DNA of 64,000 nucleotides from Clarias gariepinus (Eukaryota): NCBI RefSeq assembly GCF_024256425.1, contig NC_071110.1, positions 2,380,274 to 2,444,273 of the forward strand, read 5' to 3'. Shown piece by piece: positions 25,497 to 36,965 of this stretch (position 1 is its first letter; each line of letters starts with the position of its first letter). The notes under the pieces were generated by a model. It saw only the letters and a program-made list of their open reading frames with translations, ran no database searches and was not told where the DNA came from. The position numbers and the translations under genes were made by a program.

Positions 25497-25654
25497 CCTG
25501 TCTTCTTCCATCTCTCTTCTTCTTCCACCATCTACCGTTATATGCTGTATCAAACCCCTCTCAGGTGCCCTCTGGTGTCTAGTAGTATTACTACCACCAT
25601 TATAAGCATACAGCTAAGCAGAAAAACAATACTGGTAACTTGGGACAGGTTACA
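25497..25654 (-). repeat. Gypsy 5' LTR, distal part displaced by the nested LINE
   Basis: Matches 14808..14963 (ctctcttcttcttccaccatctaccgttatatgctg ... gggacaggttaca). Confidence 0.8.
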
Positions 25655-25699
25655 GTATGCATGTTGTTGTTGTGTTCTTTTTCTTTTCTTATTGTTGTG

Positions 25700-26050
25700 A
25701 TCATGAGCCAGGCACGGTGCAGGACTATGGCGTTATATTCCTGCCACAATTCTGAGCGCGTGGTTTGACATTTTGAGAGCAGACAAAGCACTCTATGCGC
25801 GTGCAATGTCTCCACTGCGCGCTCAACAGCTCGATTCTGCGCGTGCAATGTCTCCCCTGCTCGCTCAACATATTCTCCACGCATGGGCGACTTCTCGATT
25901 CTGTGCGCGCTCGACTCTGCCTGCACGCGCGTGCAACATTTATTTTCTGTGCGCGCTCGACTCTGCCTGTACGCTCGCTCAACTTTGTCCAGTGTTACAA
26001 AACTGCCACAAAACCAGCCAATCACAGACTTTCACACACTACTTCTGATT
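25700..26050 (+). repeat. Left arm of a large foldback / long-TIR element
   Basis: Its reverse complement occurs at 26466..26600 plus 30493..30700. The arm is GC-rich, with internal GCGCGCTCGACTCTGCCTG subrepeats. Confidence 0.7.
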
Positions 26051-26465
26051 GGCTGTTCCTCCTCTATCAGCTGGCAATATCGACCGCATAACGCATACTA
26101 TAATTTGTATAGTGCTTTTAAAATGGCCATTGTCTCAAAGCAGCCTTACAAAATCAAAATAAAATGATAAGAAATTTTAATTATATATAATTATATAAAA
26201 ATAAATTATATAAGGGAAGCAATGTAAATAAAGTTTTTATTCATAAATATTATAAACAAATATTATAGTATTTATTTTTTATTTAATGAAGTATTAGTAT
26301 ATACCAGTTTCGTTTGCCCATTGTGTGTTTTTATTTACGTACCTAATTACGTTACCATATAGCTCATTGTTAAACTACATCAACTAAAATTCAAATCGGA
26401 TAACTTTACTTATAAACCTTTATTTACAACGCTTCCGTTAAGCGGTCGATAGTAGTGCCACTTGA

Positions 26466-26600
26466 TTGGAGAAGAAACAACCGATCAGAAGTAGTGTGTG
26501 GATGTCTGTGATTGGCTGGTTTTGTGGCAGTTTTGTAACACTGGACAAAGTTGTGCGAGCGTACAGGCAGAGTCGAGCGCGCACAGAAAATAAATGTTCA
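26466..26600 (-). repeat. Right (inverted) arm of the foldback element, inner part
   Basis: Reverse complement of 25905..26050. A 415-bp AT-rich spacer (26051..26465) forms the loop. Confidence 0.7.
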
Positions 26601-29600
26601 ATTCAATTCAATTTTCATTGCCGCAAAGCAGCTTTACATAGTCAAAAGAATTATTTAGGTTTGTATGAAATGTGAATTTGTATGAATCAAAATGGTCAGT
26701 TTGTCCCTGGTGAGCAAGCCGAGGGCGACAGTGGCAAGGAAAAACTCCCTGAGATGGTAATAGGAAGAAACCTTGAGAGGAACCAGACTCAACAGGAAAC
26801 CCATCCTTATTTGGGTGAAACAGAAAGCAGTAAATGATCTGCATTTATACAGTGTGTAGGGTGGGAGGCAGTTCAGCTATAATAGCTGATGTTAATTGAT
26901 GTTAATATGGAGTCCAGGTAGTTATTGAAGACCCAGGTAGACTTGTAAGAAGTTCCAGTCATGAACTATCGAACTGTCAAGTCCCCAGAGAAACAGTTGC
27001 CAACACCAGTCAAGGCCAGAACCATTTTCTAGGTAGAGAGAATCATTCCCAGACACCAGACGCATCCCAGAGAGACACACGGGGCATCCATGTGACGAGA
27101 TCTTCAGCCAGAAGCGGGGCACCAGGATGGGTCAGACAGGTCCGGAGGGCAGAGGGAGTCTGGATCACTGGCAGCTCAGGAACGACATGTGTAGCTCGAC
27201 AGAGAGAGAGAGAGAAGGAGTGAAAGAGGGACAGGAGGAGAGAGGAAAAAGAAAGAGGGGGGGAAAGAGAAGAAGAGGAGAGATGGCAGTTAGGTATGGT
27301 CACAGTCACACAATGTATAATGTGAATGTATATTAACTGTAGAGTGCAAGCAGAGACTCTGGCAGGACTAACTATGACAGCATAACTAAAAGGGAGAGCC
27401 AGAAGGAAACACAAACATGAGGGCTTCCTGAGATGTAAAGCAAACAATCACAATTTCTCAGTAAAGAAAACAAAAAGCTCTGCCCCCAGCTGTATTTTTC
27501 ATAATACGCGGTACTGACAAGCAGCCTCCATCCTTTGATCGAAGTAGGCGTGGCGGATCGTAAGACACTAGCAGTTCGCTCAGGTACTGCGGCGCGAGAC
27601 CATTTAATGCTTTATATGTCAAGAGTAGTATTTTAAAATCAATGCGAAATTTCACAGGGAGCCAATGGAGTGAAGATAAGATAGGGGTGATGTGCTCATA
27701 TCTTCTGGTTCTGGTGAGGACTCTCGCTGCTGCATTCTGGACTAGCTGAAGCTTATTTATGCATCTAGCTGAACAACCAGACAGTAAGGCATTACAATAG
27801 TCCAACCTAGAGGTGATAAAAGCATGAACTAGTTTTTCTGCGTCGTTTAGCGACAATAAATTTCTTATTCTGGCAATATTTCTGAGGTGAAAGAATGCTA
27901 TCCTGGTAATATTATCTACATGTGCTTCAAATGAAAGGCTGGAATCAATAATCACACCAAGGTCTTTCACTGTTGCATTTGATGGAACAAAAAGGCCATC
28001 TAAAGTTACGGTGTGATCTAAAATTTTACTCCTAGCTGTATGCGGTCCTATGACTAGAACTTCTGTCTTATCCGGATTTAGCAGAAGGAAGTTAATTAGC
28101 ATCCAATTTCTTATGTCCTGCACACATTGCTCAATTTTAGTAAGCTGTTTTTTCTCATCAGGTTTTGCTGAGACATTTAACTGTGTATCGTCAGCATAAC
28201 AATGAAAATTAATACCATGCTTACGGATTATGTTGCCCAGAGGAAGCATGTAAAGGGAAAAAAGCAGTGGACCTAAAACTGAACCCTGCGGAACGCCAAA
28301 CTCCACTAGAGAACATGCAGAATAATCACCATTTAAGTCTACATACTGATAACGATGGGTCAGATAGGATCTGAGCCAGGAGAGTGCTGTACCCTTAATT
28401 CCCACTACATTTTCTAATCTGTGAAGAAGAATAGCGTGATCAACAGTGTCAAAAGCTGCACTGAGGTCAAGTAATGCAAGCATAGTTACACAACCCTGAT
28501 CAGAGGCCAATAGAATGTCATTTACTACTTTAACGAGCGCTGTCTCTGTACTGTGATGAGGCCTAAATCCTGACTGATACAGTTCATGTATGCCATTTCT
28601 ATGTATATATGAGCATAGCTGCTCCGCTACTATCTTTTCCAGGATCTTAGAGATAAAGGGGAGGTTTGATATTGGTCTGTAACTGGACAGCTGACAGGGG
28701 TCGAGGTCAGGTTTCTTAATTATTGGTTTGATAACTGCTAATTTAAAAGATTTTGGAACATATCCAATGCTGAGTGAAGAATTAATTATTCTCAACAGGG
28801 GTTCTATTATTGCTGGTACTATCTGTTTAAGAAAATGTGTCGGTACAGGATCTAATATACAGGTTGATGAATTTGAAGAAGAGATGAGTGAAATTAGTTC
28901 ATTCTCTTCAAGGGGAGTAAAGTATTCTAGGTTCTGGTCTGACATGGCTAGATTAACATCTGCATCAATTACATTGTTCGGTTTCAAAACCTCAATTTTA
29001 TGCCTAATATTTACAATTTTATTATTAAAAAAGTTCATGAAGTCCTCACTATTGCATGATGTTGTTGTGGAGATTTCTGCAGTGGTCTTATTTCTGGTTA
29101 ATTTGGCTACAGCATTAAATAAGAATCTAGGATTATTTTTGTTATTTTCTATAAGAGTGGAGAGATATGTTGATCTGGCTACACTAAGAGCTTTTCTATA
29201 GTTCAGGATGCTCTGCTTCCATGCTGTTTGAAATACTAGTAATTTAGTTTGACGCCATTTACGTTCTAATTTCCGAGCGGTCTGTTTTAAAGTGCGCGTG
29301 TGATCGTTATACCAGGGAGCAAGTTTTTTATCTCTAATAATTTTTCTTTTGACTGGAGCTACATTATCTAGGGTATAGCGAAATGTCGACTTTAAATATT
29401 CAGTCGCCTGATCGAGTTCTGTGGGGTCAGACGGTGATCTAATCGAAGTTGGGAACTCTGGGAGATTACTGATAAAACTCTGTTTGGTAGTTGATGTGAA
29501 TGTACGTTTCATACGGTAGCGCGGCGCTGTGTGTACATTATTATTGTGACACACTTGAATTGAGACAAGATAGTGATCTGAGATAACTTCAGATAGTGGT

Positions 29601-30492
29601 ATTGTGAATAAATTTCTTATACTTAATCCAAATAATATTATTAAATCTAAAGTGTGACCTGCTTTATGAGTGGGTCCTACTACACACTGATTTACTCCTA
29701 CCAAGTCCAGTATAGACATAAATGCAGTTCTCAGAGGGTCTTCTGGGTTTTCAAAATGAATATTAAAATCTCCAGCAATTAACACTTTGTCTACAGAAAC
29801 GACTAGGTTTGAGAGGAAATCTGCCAATTTACTAAGAAATTCCGAGTACGGCCCTGGAGGTCTGTAAATGACAATTAGCGGGATCGACTGAGCTGACTTA
29901 ATATAGTTAAATACACTTATGTTACTATAAAGAATTTCAAATGAATTAAATTTGTGTCCGTGTTTTTGTACAATAGTCAAATTATCATTGTGAATAACTG
30001 CGACGCCTCCTCCTCTACCAGTTAACCGAGGCTGGTGTATGTAGCTGTATCCAGGAGGACTAGCTTAATTTAGAGCTACATACTCGTCCTGTTTAATCCA
30101 GGTTTCTGTTAAACAGAGTATATCAAACTCCTGATCTGTGATAATTTCATTAACTATAACTGCTTTAGATGCGAGAGATCTAATATTTAACAGTCCTAGC
30201 TTTAGATCAGAGGTGCCGGCTGCGCATTCAGTCTGATCCAAGTTTGTGGTCTTTATGCTAATTAAATTACTAAAACAGACTTTCTGAGTCTTTCTAAATT
30301 TGATTTTAGCTCGGGGAACAGACACAGTCTCAATAGAGTGAACCCTGAGTGACGACTCTATGCAGCTAGCAGACGGTTGGGTTAGCCTGTCTGTCTGCTC
30401 CCTGGCCTGGGCTCTGGATTGTCACCGATTTTTTTTTTTTTTTTTTTTTGATTTAAAAGTAAACACACTTTAGAATACTGTAATGTAAATGT
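26601..30492 (-). mobile_element. L2/CR1-like non-LTR retrotransposon (APE plus RT, no RNase H), inserted into the foldback arm
   Basis: ORF 27458..29980 (840 aa) has RT (CYADDTQL). The APE N-terminus 30065..30325 (LNIRSLASK...DILCLTETW) lies upstream, out of frame. A T-rich tract marks the 5' end at 30425..30450. The 3' UTR contains an (AG)n-like region near 27190..27260. The insertion splits the inverted arm, and an AAATGTT-type target-site duplication lies at 26594..26600 and 30486..30492. Confidence 0.7.
27458..30325 (-). pseudogene. L2-like LINE ORF2 (APE and RT; the APE part is out of frame)
   Basis: See the translations of 27458..29980 and 30065..30325. Confidence 0.65.
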
Positions 30493-30700
30493 TGCATGCA
30501 GGCAGAGTCGAGCGCGCGCGGAGAACATGTTGAGCGAGCAGGGGAGACATTGCACGCGCAGAATCGAGCTGTTGAGCGCGCAGTGGAGACGTTGCACGCG
30601 CATAGAGTGCATTGCCTGCTCTCAAAATGTCAAACCACGCGCTCAGAATTGTGGCAGGAATATAACGCCATACAGGACAGGGGAGGCTGGCTGCATGCAT
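30493..30700 (-). repeat. Right (inverted) arm of the foldback element, outer part (displaced by LINE)
   Basis: Reverse complement of 25700..25905. Confidence 0.7.
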
Positions 30701-31065
30701 TTGGGGTGTGTGCTTCACCAATTGCAAGTGTACCAACACAATCCTTTCTTGTAGTGAGTGCATGGCATTTAATTTGATGTGAATTTGGGTGGGTTTTGTA
30801 CGATTTTCTAAGCTGCAGCTGCCCTGCTTTGTCCTGTCAGTCTCTGTTTCATTTCCCCTTCCCCCCTCCTGAGGAGTATTTTAATTAATTCATTTTTGTT
30901 TATTGCTTCTGTGTCTCTTGGGAGCAAATAGTTGTTGTTGTTGGTTTTTTAATAAATAAAAACATCTCTTTTGTATTGCTACCCATGTCTCAGTTGATCT
31001 TTATTCTTGCCTTTGATAGATGGAGCTTACTTGTGTGTCTTTATTGGGAGTATTTCCTTGGCGCC

Positions 31066-31090
31066 CTCCCCCCCCCCCCCCCCCCCCCCC
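31066..31090. repeat. C(25) homopolymer
   Basis: Direct read. It is the source of the poly-Pro ORFs. Confidence 0.95.
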
Positions 31091-34000
31091 AATGTCCGAC
31101 TTGGCGTCGTCGGATTAAGTTTTTTTTTTCAAATTCCCGCCTTTCAGATTATTACGGTTGTCACAATATTTTCCATATTTTTAACACAATATCAAACATA
31201 AGAAAAAAATATAAACAAACAATTTCACAGACTCAATAGTATATAGAGCACCAAGTCGTCTCCCAGTCCTATATACGACCGAGATCGGTGCCTAAACGCA
31301 CCAAATTAACATAACAAAAAAAGGACAACAACAACACAAACATTCGCGCCGTCACCACATAATACACAGAGCAGACATGCAAAACAATCGGCCAAGAAGG
31401 ACAATTCCATCCACACAAAACAAGAAAAAAAAGCCAATCAAACACTTACCCTGCCACAATATTATAGCCCTGATAATGTTAAATTGTGCTTATAATTTGT
31501 GATTATGCTTGTGACTGTTGAATCTAATTATGTCAATGTAGGATCAGTACATATGTTTGTCGATTTACGGTGGTGGCCAAAGGTATTGAGACACAGGTTT
31601 ACATAAAATTCTCAAACTATAATAAAAAAATAATTGTAATTTTATGCAGTGCAATTGCAATAAAACAATCAATATTTGGTATAAAGAGAAAGATCTATAG
31701 GTGACTTATGCAACTTACAGAATTCCAACTAAAGACACGCACTGTGGTACTGAGAGAAGACAAAATAATGAGATGAAAGACTGTGTAAAAGTGCTGGATG
31801 AAGCAAACAAAGAGTCCACAAAGACAGTACAAGTCAAGGCAAGGTCAGGGTACGAAGAGTCATTTCCAGAAAAGCTTTTCCAACTTTTAGTCAGAATTGT
31901 TCTGTTTCACTTAAAACTTTGTGCACTTCTTGGGCTCTTTATAAGAATAGTTTGTTTGTCTACTTAATAAAAATTATTATTATTATTATTACTTTTAATC
32001 TTTGTTACACAAATGATAGGAAACTTATTTTAAATGACAAATCCAATTACATGCATTTTATGTTATTATACAATATTTTATGATGTGGTATGATGTATTA
32101 TACAGTATTATATTATGTATGACAATATTTCATATTGCACAATCTATATTTATTTGATACTATACTGTATCCGTATACAGTATAACACACACTTCTCTCA
32201 CTAGGGTGAATTCACCTGCTCTTATATATTGTACATTACGGTAAAGGGGTGTCAGCGGTTTGTTTCTGTAATGTCCGGAAATGTGAAGTGAATCTGCATC
32301 GAGAAGCGCAACACTGTAACGCGTTAGTAAGTCTCTGATTATCCTGCGCTAGTGTTTCTTATCATTTCCACAACATGTTAAATGATATGTGTTATGCGTT
32401 GCTCAGTTTATTTGTTTATTAGTGTTTGCCGAAAATAATTCGATTTGAAGTGAAGCTGGAGTTATAAAGTCAGTGTGTAGGTTACTGGTTGGTATCTGAA
32501 CCAACACTTCTTGTGTGCTGTCCAAACGTATGACGTCATCAAGAAGAAAGTTAAAGGGGAGATGAAAGATGAAAACAGATCCATCCATAAAGCACAGAAA
32601 TTAGTTTTTCATGAGTTTCATGTTTATTTGTCATGTGTGTAAAAGTCAGTGAAAGTTTTATATAAAAATGCTTGTTGTTAAGCAAATAATAAAATAGATC
32701 AGAAGGGAGAGAGAGTTTGTTTACAAATACAATATGTATGTACAAAATGTGCAGATCTTATTCTAAATAAATATTTATAAATATTTGTTTTTACAGACAT
32801 AAACACAAACATCTTTGTTGCTTCTGATTATTTCTCCTCTGACTACTTCTCCCTGTAATTATAGGGTGTTTTTCAGCTTAAACTCGTCTACACTCGTGCC
32901 TTGTAAGCCGAACGAGTCAGGCCTTAATCAGTCTGAGCTTGTTTACTATTTATAGAGCATTTTTTAATATATTGAATATTACCTTTTGTTTCATTACGTA
33001 TCATAAGCAACTCCATGTCTGGGCATTGTCACAAGATCTTCCTGCCCTGTATACAGGATAAAGTGGTATAGATGATGAGTGAGTGAGTAAGTAACCGAGA
33101 GTGGTAAAAAAAAATAAAATTCTTGCTTAAATAAACCTATGCCGCTCATTTTAAAGTAAAATCATAATTTAGTCAGTAGCTCAGAGACAAGTTTTACAAT
33201 ATACTGTAGCATACCACAGAAACAGTTTAATGATTTTATTGTTCCATTTGTTTGCCCTAGCCGGTGTGTTGTTGTTTTTTGCTTTTAAACTAAATATTGG
33301 AAATAAAAATATCAGCAAAACAAGTTATCCTTACTTGTACAGGCTCAGATACATATCCTACACATAAGTTAGTAAACTTTTAGGAGTCATATGAAAAAGA
33401 AAGGGACATAAAGTGAAATATTTATGAGAAAGACAATATAAAGGTAAATAAAACAAAGAAAGCTTTTATATGTTTTATTTGTGCAGATCAGTAAACGCTA
33501 GCTTGCACAGTAAACTGGAAGGACCAGAATTATGCAATACCAGAGAAGAAAGAACACACAGGGATTAGTGTCTGTTATTAAGTGAAGCTATACATGACCG
33601 TAAAGCTATACAAGCTAATAGTCCTCATTAGTTATGCTTTAGCTAATGATGATGTATAAAATCTCAGGACTGACACAGATACACTGATGGTGCCTTAAAC
33701 AAGATATTTAACCCTTAATCGTGCTACTGACTTAATTCTGTTTTTGGATAAATACTCAATACTGCCTGATGACTTTATGAAGGTAAAAAATTACCTATTT
33801 GCCTCCTTTAAATTTACTCACTGTTTTGTGAAAATGTGAATACATTTGATTTTATTTATTGGCTTGACATTGATTTAATTGTATCTTTTTTTTGTTATTC
33901 CTCAATTTCAAATGTATAATATTTATGACACTCAAACAAGTTAAACACCCAAAAAATAATGTGTAGTTTATAAGTGATTGAACAAAGCACAAGGAAAGAT

Positions 34001-34387
34001 GATACTTAAAGTCAACACTTCAATAGAGTTTGTGGCTTCAATTGCTGTGACAAAATGAAGATGATGCTTATTTGATTTAAGATTTCATTTATTTTATTTT
34101 ATTTTTTATTTTTGTATTATTTTAGGAGATAATTGTGAAGCACTAAGGTGCATTTTCTCTTATTTCCAATGGGAAATATAAGCAGGAGTACAAACATTTG
34201 CATTTACCCCTATTGCTCTGTCAGGTAAACAAAGTCCAAAGGTCTCCACCACTCCCTCATTGTGCCATTGATAACGTTTCATGTAATGATAGCACACACT
34301 CACTCAAAGCAAACACACTGGCTATATAACCTCTGCTCTTTCTTTCTACTCTTCAGAAACTCGTAGGAAAAAAAAGCTCCTTCAGAA

Positions 34388-34945
34388 ATGAGGGAAGCCG
34401 CGCCGCTCCAGCCGGACCCGAGTCCTGATATGGAGGCTCAGCATAACTCACGCTGCACTGGTCCGAGTCTGGAGAACCGGATCCTCACCCAGGCCTCACC
34501 ATTTCTCCTCCAGCCTCCTTCATGGGCGAACCTGACCTTGTCATGTCCAGCTCTCCGTCCATCCAGCCTGTCCTCTACAGCCTTGTCCTCTTCTCTGCTG
34601 TCCACCTCATCCAGCCTGTCCTCTACAGCCTCGTCCTCTTCTCTGCTGTCCACCTCATCCAGCCTGTCCTCCACAGCCTTGTCCTCTCCCCTTTTGTCCA
34701 CCCCATCCAGCCTGCTGTCCTCCTCTCTGCTCAGCACTGAGAACACTCAGTTGATTTCTAACCCCATTACTGGCTCTTCTTTCTGCTCTTCCCAACCTCT
34801 GAGTTTACTGGTTCACAGCACAGCGCCACCCACTGGCCCAGAAGCTCATAAATGTCTCAGTGGTAAACCTGGAGAGACAAAAATAGAGGATGATGAAGTG
34901 TGCTCCACTGATGATCTCTCGTCATACAGTGAGGAGCTAAATGAG
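34388..34945 (+). CDS. tep1: tep1 exon 1 (first coding exon; N-terminal serine-rich repeat region)
   Basis: ATG at 34388 in an A-rich context. The ORF 34388..35029 encodes GPSLENRIL...LQPPSWANL, which resembles the human TEP1 N-terminus motifs (ILSLENRCLA, LSEPPSWRAQ). It contains three tandem 20-aa Ser/Leu-rich repeats. Donor is GTATGT at 34946, and the exon ends in phase 0. Confidence 0.65.
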
Positions 34946-35494
34946 GTATGTTTTTGCATCAGCTTTAATAATATCCTTAGAAGGTTTATGCATTACTTTA
35001 AAGACAGGACAGGATTGCTTTTTATTTAAATGTGGGATCAGTGATTTCTTTCGAATTATTAAATTTCTTTTTACCTTTAACAAAACTCTTGCTAACACTT
35101 CAAGCCACTTATAGTCCACATTCCACAAGGAGGCGTCTCTACTTGGATCTACTTTGGATTTATCTACACTGATTTTTTTTTTTTTTCAAAACTATGAAAT
35201 AACATATAGAGCATTAGGCAATTAAGTAACAACAAAAGCAACAGTTAGTTGTTATATTAAGACACGAAGGTCAGCTGTTCTGGAACAGTTCTTGCAAGAC
35301 CAGTATTGTTAAGTGCATTTGCAAAACCCATCAAGCTACATGACAAAACTGTCTCTTATGAAGACCTTTCCAGGAAAGCAAGACCCAAACTGAACTCTGC
35401 TGCAGAGGAGAAGTTCATTTAGAGTCACCAGCCTCAGAAATCACCAATTAACAACCAGCACCTCAGATTAGAGCCGTTATGAAGCTTTACAGAG

Positions 35495-36965
35495 CAGAAG
35501 TAACAGATATACAGTGGTGTGAAAAACTATTTGCCCCCTTCCTGATTTCTTATTCTTTTGCATGTTTGTCACACAAAATGTTTCTGATCATCAAACACAT
35601 TTAACTATTAGTCAAAGATAACACAAGTAAACACAAAATGCAGTTTTTAAATGATGGTTTTTATTATTTAGGGAGAAAAAAAATCCAAACCTACATGGCC
35701 CTGTGTGAAAAAGTAATTGCCCCCTGAACCTAATAACTGGTTGGGCCACCCTTAGCAGCAATAACTGCAATCAAGCGTTTGCAATAACTTGCAACGAGTC
35801 TTTTACAGCACTCTGGAGGTATTTTGGCCCACTCATCTTTGCAGAATTGTTGTAATTAAGCTTTATTTGTGGGTTTTCTAGCATGAACCGCCTTTTTAAG
35901 GTCATGCCACAATATCTTAATAGGATTCAGGTCAGGACTTTGACTAGGCCACTCCAAAGTCTTCATTTTGTTTTTCTTCAGCCATTCAGAGGTGAATTTG
36001 CTGGTGTGTTTTGGGTCATTGTCCTGCTGCAGCACCCAAGATCGCTTCAGCTTGAGTTGACGAACAGATGGCCGGACATTCTCCTTCAGGATTTTTTGGT
36101 AGACAGTAGAACTCATGGTTCCATATATCACAGCAAGCCTTCCAGGTCCTGAAGCAGCAAAACAACCCCAGACCATCACACTACCACCACCATATTTTAC
36201 TGTTAGTATGATGTTCTTTTTCTGAAATGCTGTGTTACTTTTACGCCAGATGTAACGGGACACGCACCTTCCAAAAAGTTCAACTTTTGTCTCGTCGGTC
36301 CACAAGGTATTTTCGCAAAAGTCTTGGCAATCATTGAGATGTTTTTTAGCAAAATTGAGACGAGCCTTAATGTTCTTTTTGCTTAAGTGGTTTGCGCCTT
36401 GGAAATCTGCCATGCAGGCCGTTTTTGCCCAGTCTCTTTCTTATGGTGGAGTCGTGAACACTGACTTTAATTGAGGCAAGTGAGGCCTGCAGTTCTTTAG
36501 ATGTTGTCCTGGGGTCTTTTGTGGCCTCTCGGATGAGTTGTCTCTGTGCTCTTGGGGTAATTTTGGTCGGCCGGCCACTCCTGGGAAGGTTCACCACTGT
36601 TCCATGTTTTTGCCATTTGTGGATAATGGCTCTCACTGTGGTTCGCTGGAGTCCCAAAGCTTTAGAAATGGCTTTATAACCTTTACCAGACTGATAGATC
36701 TCAATTACTTTTGTTCTCATTTGTTCCTGAATTTCTTTGGATCTTGGCATAATGTCTAGCTTTTGAGGTGCTTTTGGTCTACTTCTCTGTGTCAGGTAGC
36801 TCCTATTTAAGTAATTTCTTGATTGAAACAGGTGTCGCAGTAATCAGGCCTGGGGGTGACTACAGAAATTGAACTCGGGTGTGATAAACCACAGTTAAGT
36901 TATTTTTTAACAAGGGGGCAATCACTTTTTCACACAGGGCCATGTAGGTTTGGATTTTTTTTTCC
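35495..36965 (-). mobile_element. Tc1-like DNA transposon with TIRs; transposase frameshifted
   Basis: The terminal inverted repeats are CAGTGGTGTGAAAAACTATTTGCCCCC at about 35513 and its complement GGGGGCAATCACTTTTTCACACAGGG at about 36910. Inner inverted copies lie at 35690..35730. ORF 36367..36750 carries the HTH N-terminus. ORF 35856..36413 carries the DDE domain. Confidence 0.8.
35856..36750 (-). pseudogene. Tc1 transposase (HTH plus DD34E), single frameshift
   Basis: Two overlapping ORFs in different frames. Motifs present: GKGYKAISK, DETKVELFG and WPSQSPDLNPIE. Confidence 0.8.

Larger units (their letters stand above)
14133..25654 (-). mobile_element. Ty3/Gypsy LTR retrotransposon with intact pol; its 5' LTR is split by a nested LINE
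   Basis: The 3' LTR is 14133..14963 (TG...CA). The 5' LTR is 19497..about 20197 and continues at 25497..25654 after the LINE insertion. The gag ORFs are 18987..19364 and 18600..18980. The pol ORF 15069..18500 (1143 aa) has PR (VIDTGS), RT (YIDDIVVFS), RNase H, and integrase with HHCC and DDE motifs. A PBS and a PPT are present. Confidence 0.85.

Noticed and set aside
25600-26167. Cluster of 60-140-aa ORFs on both strands at 25600..26167 and 30382..30777
   Set aside because: They lie in the GC-rich inverted-repeat arms of the foldback element, and the same ORFs appear mirrored at the other arm. They are artefactual.
34438-34746. Antisense 102-aa ORF overlapping tep1 exon 1, and the alternative + frame ORF 34522..34740
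   Set aside because: Both lie wholly within the 60-bp tandem repeats. Repeat periodicity keeps all frames open. There is no independent support.
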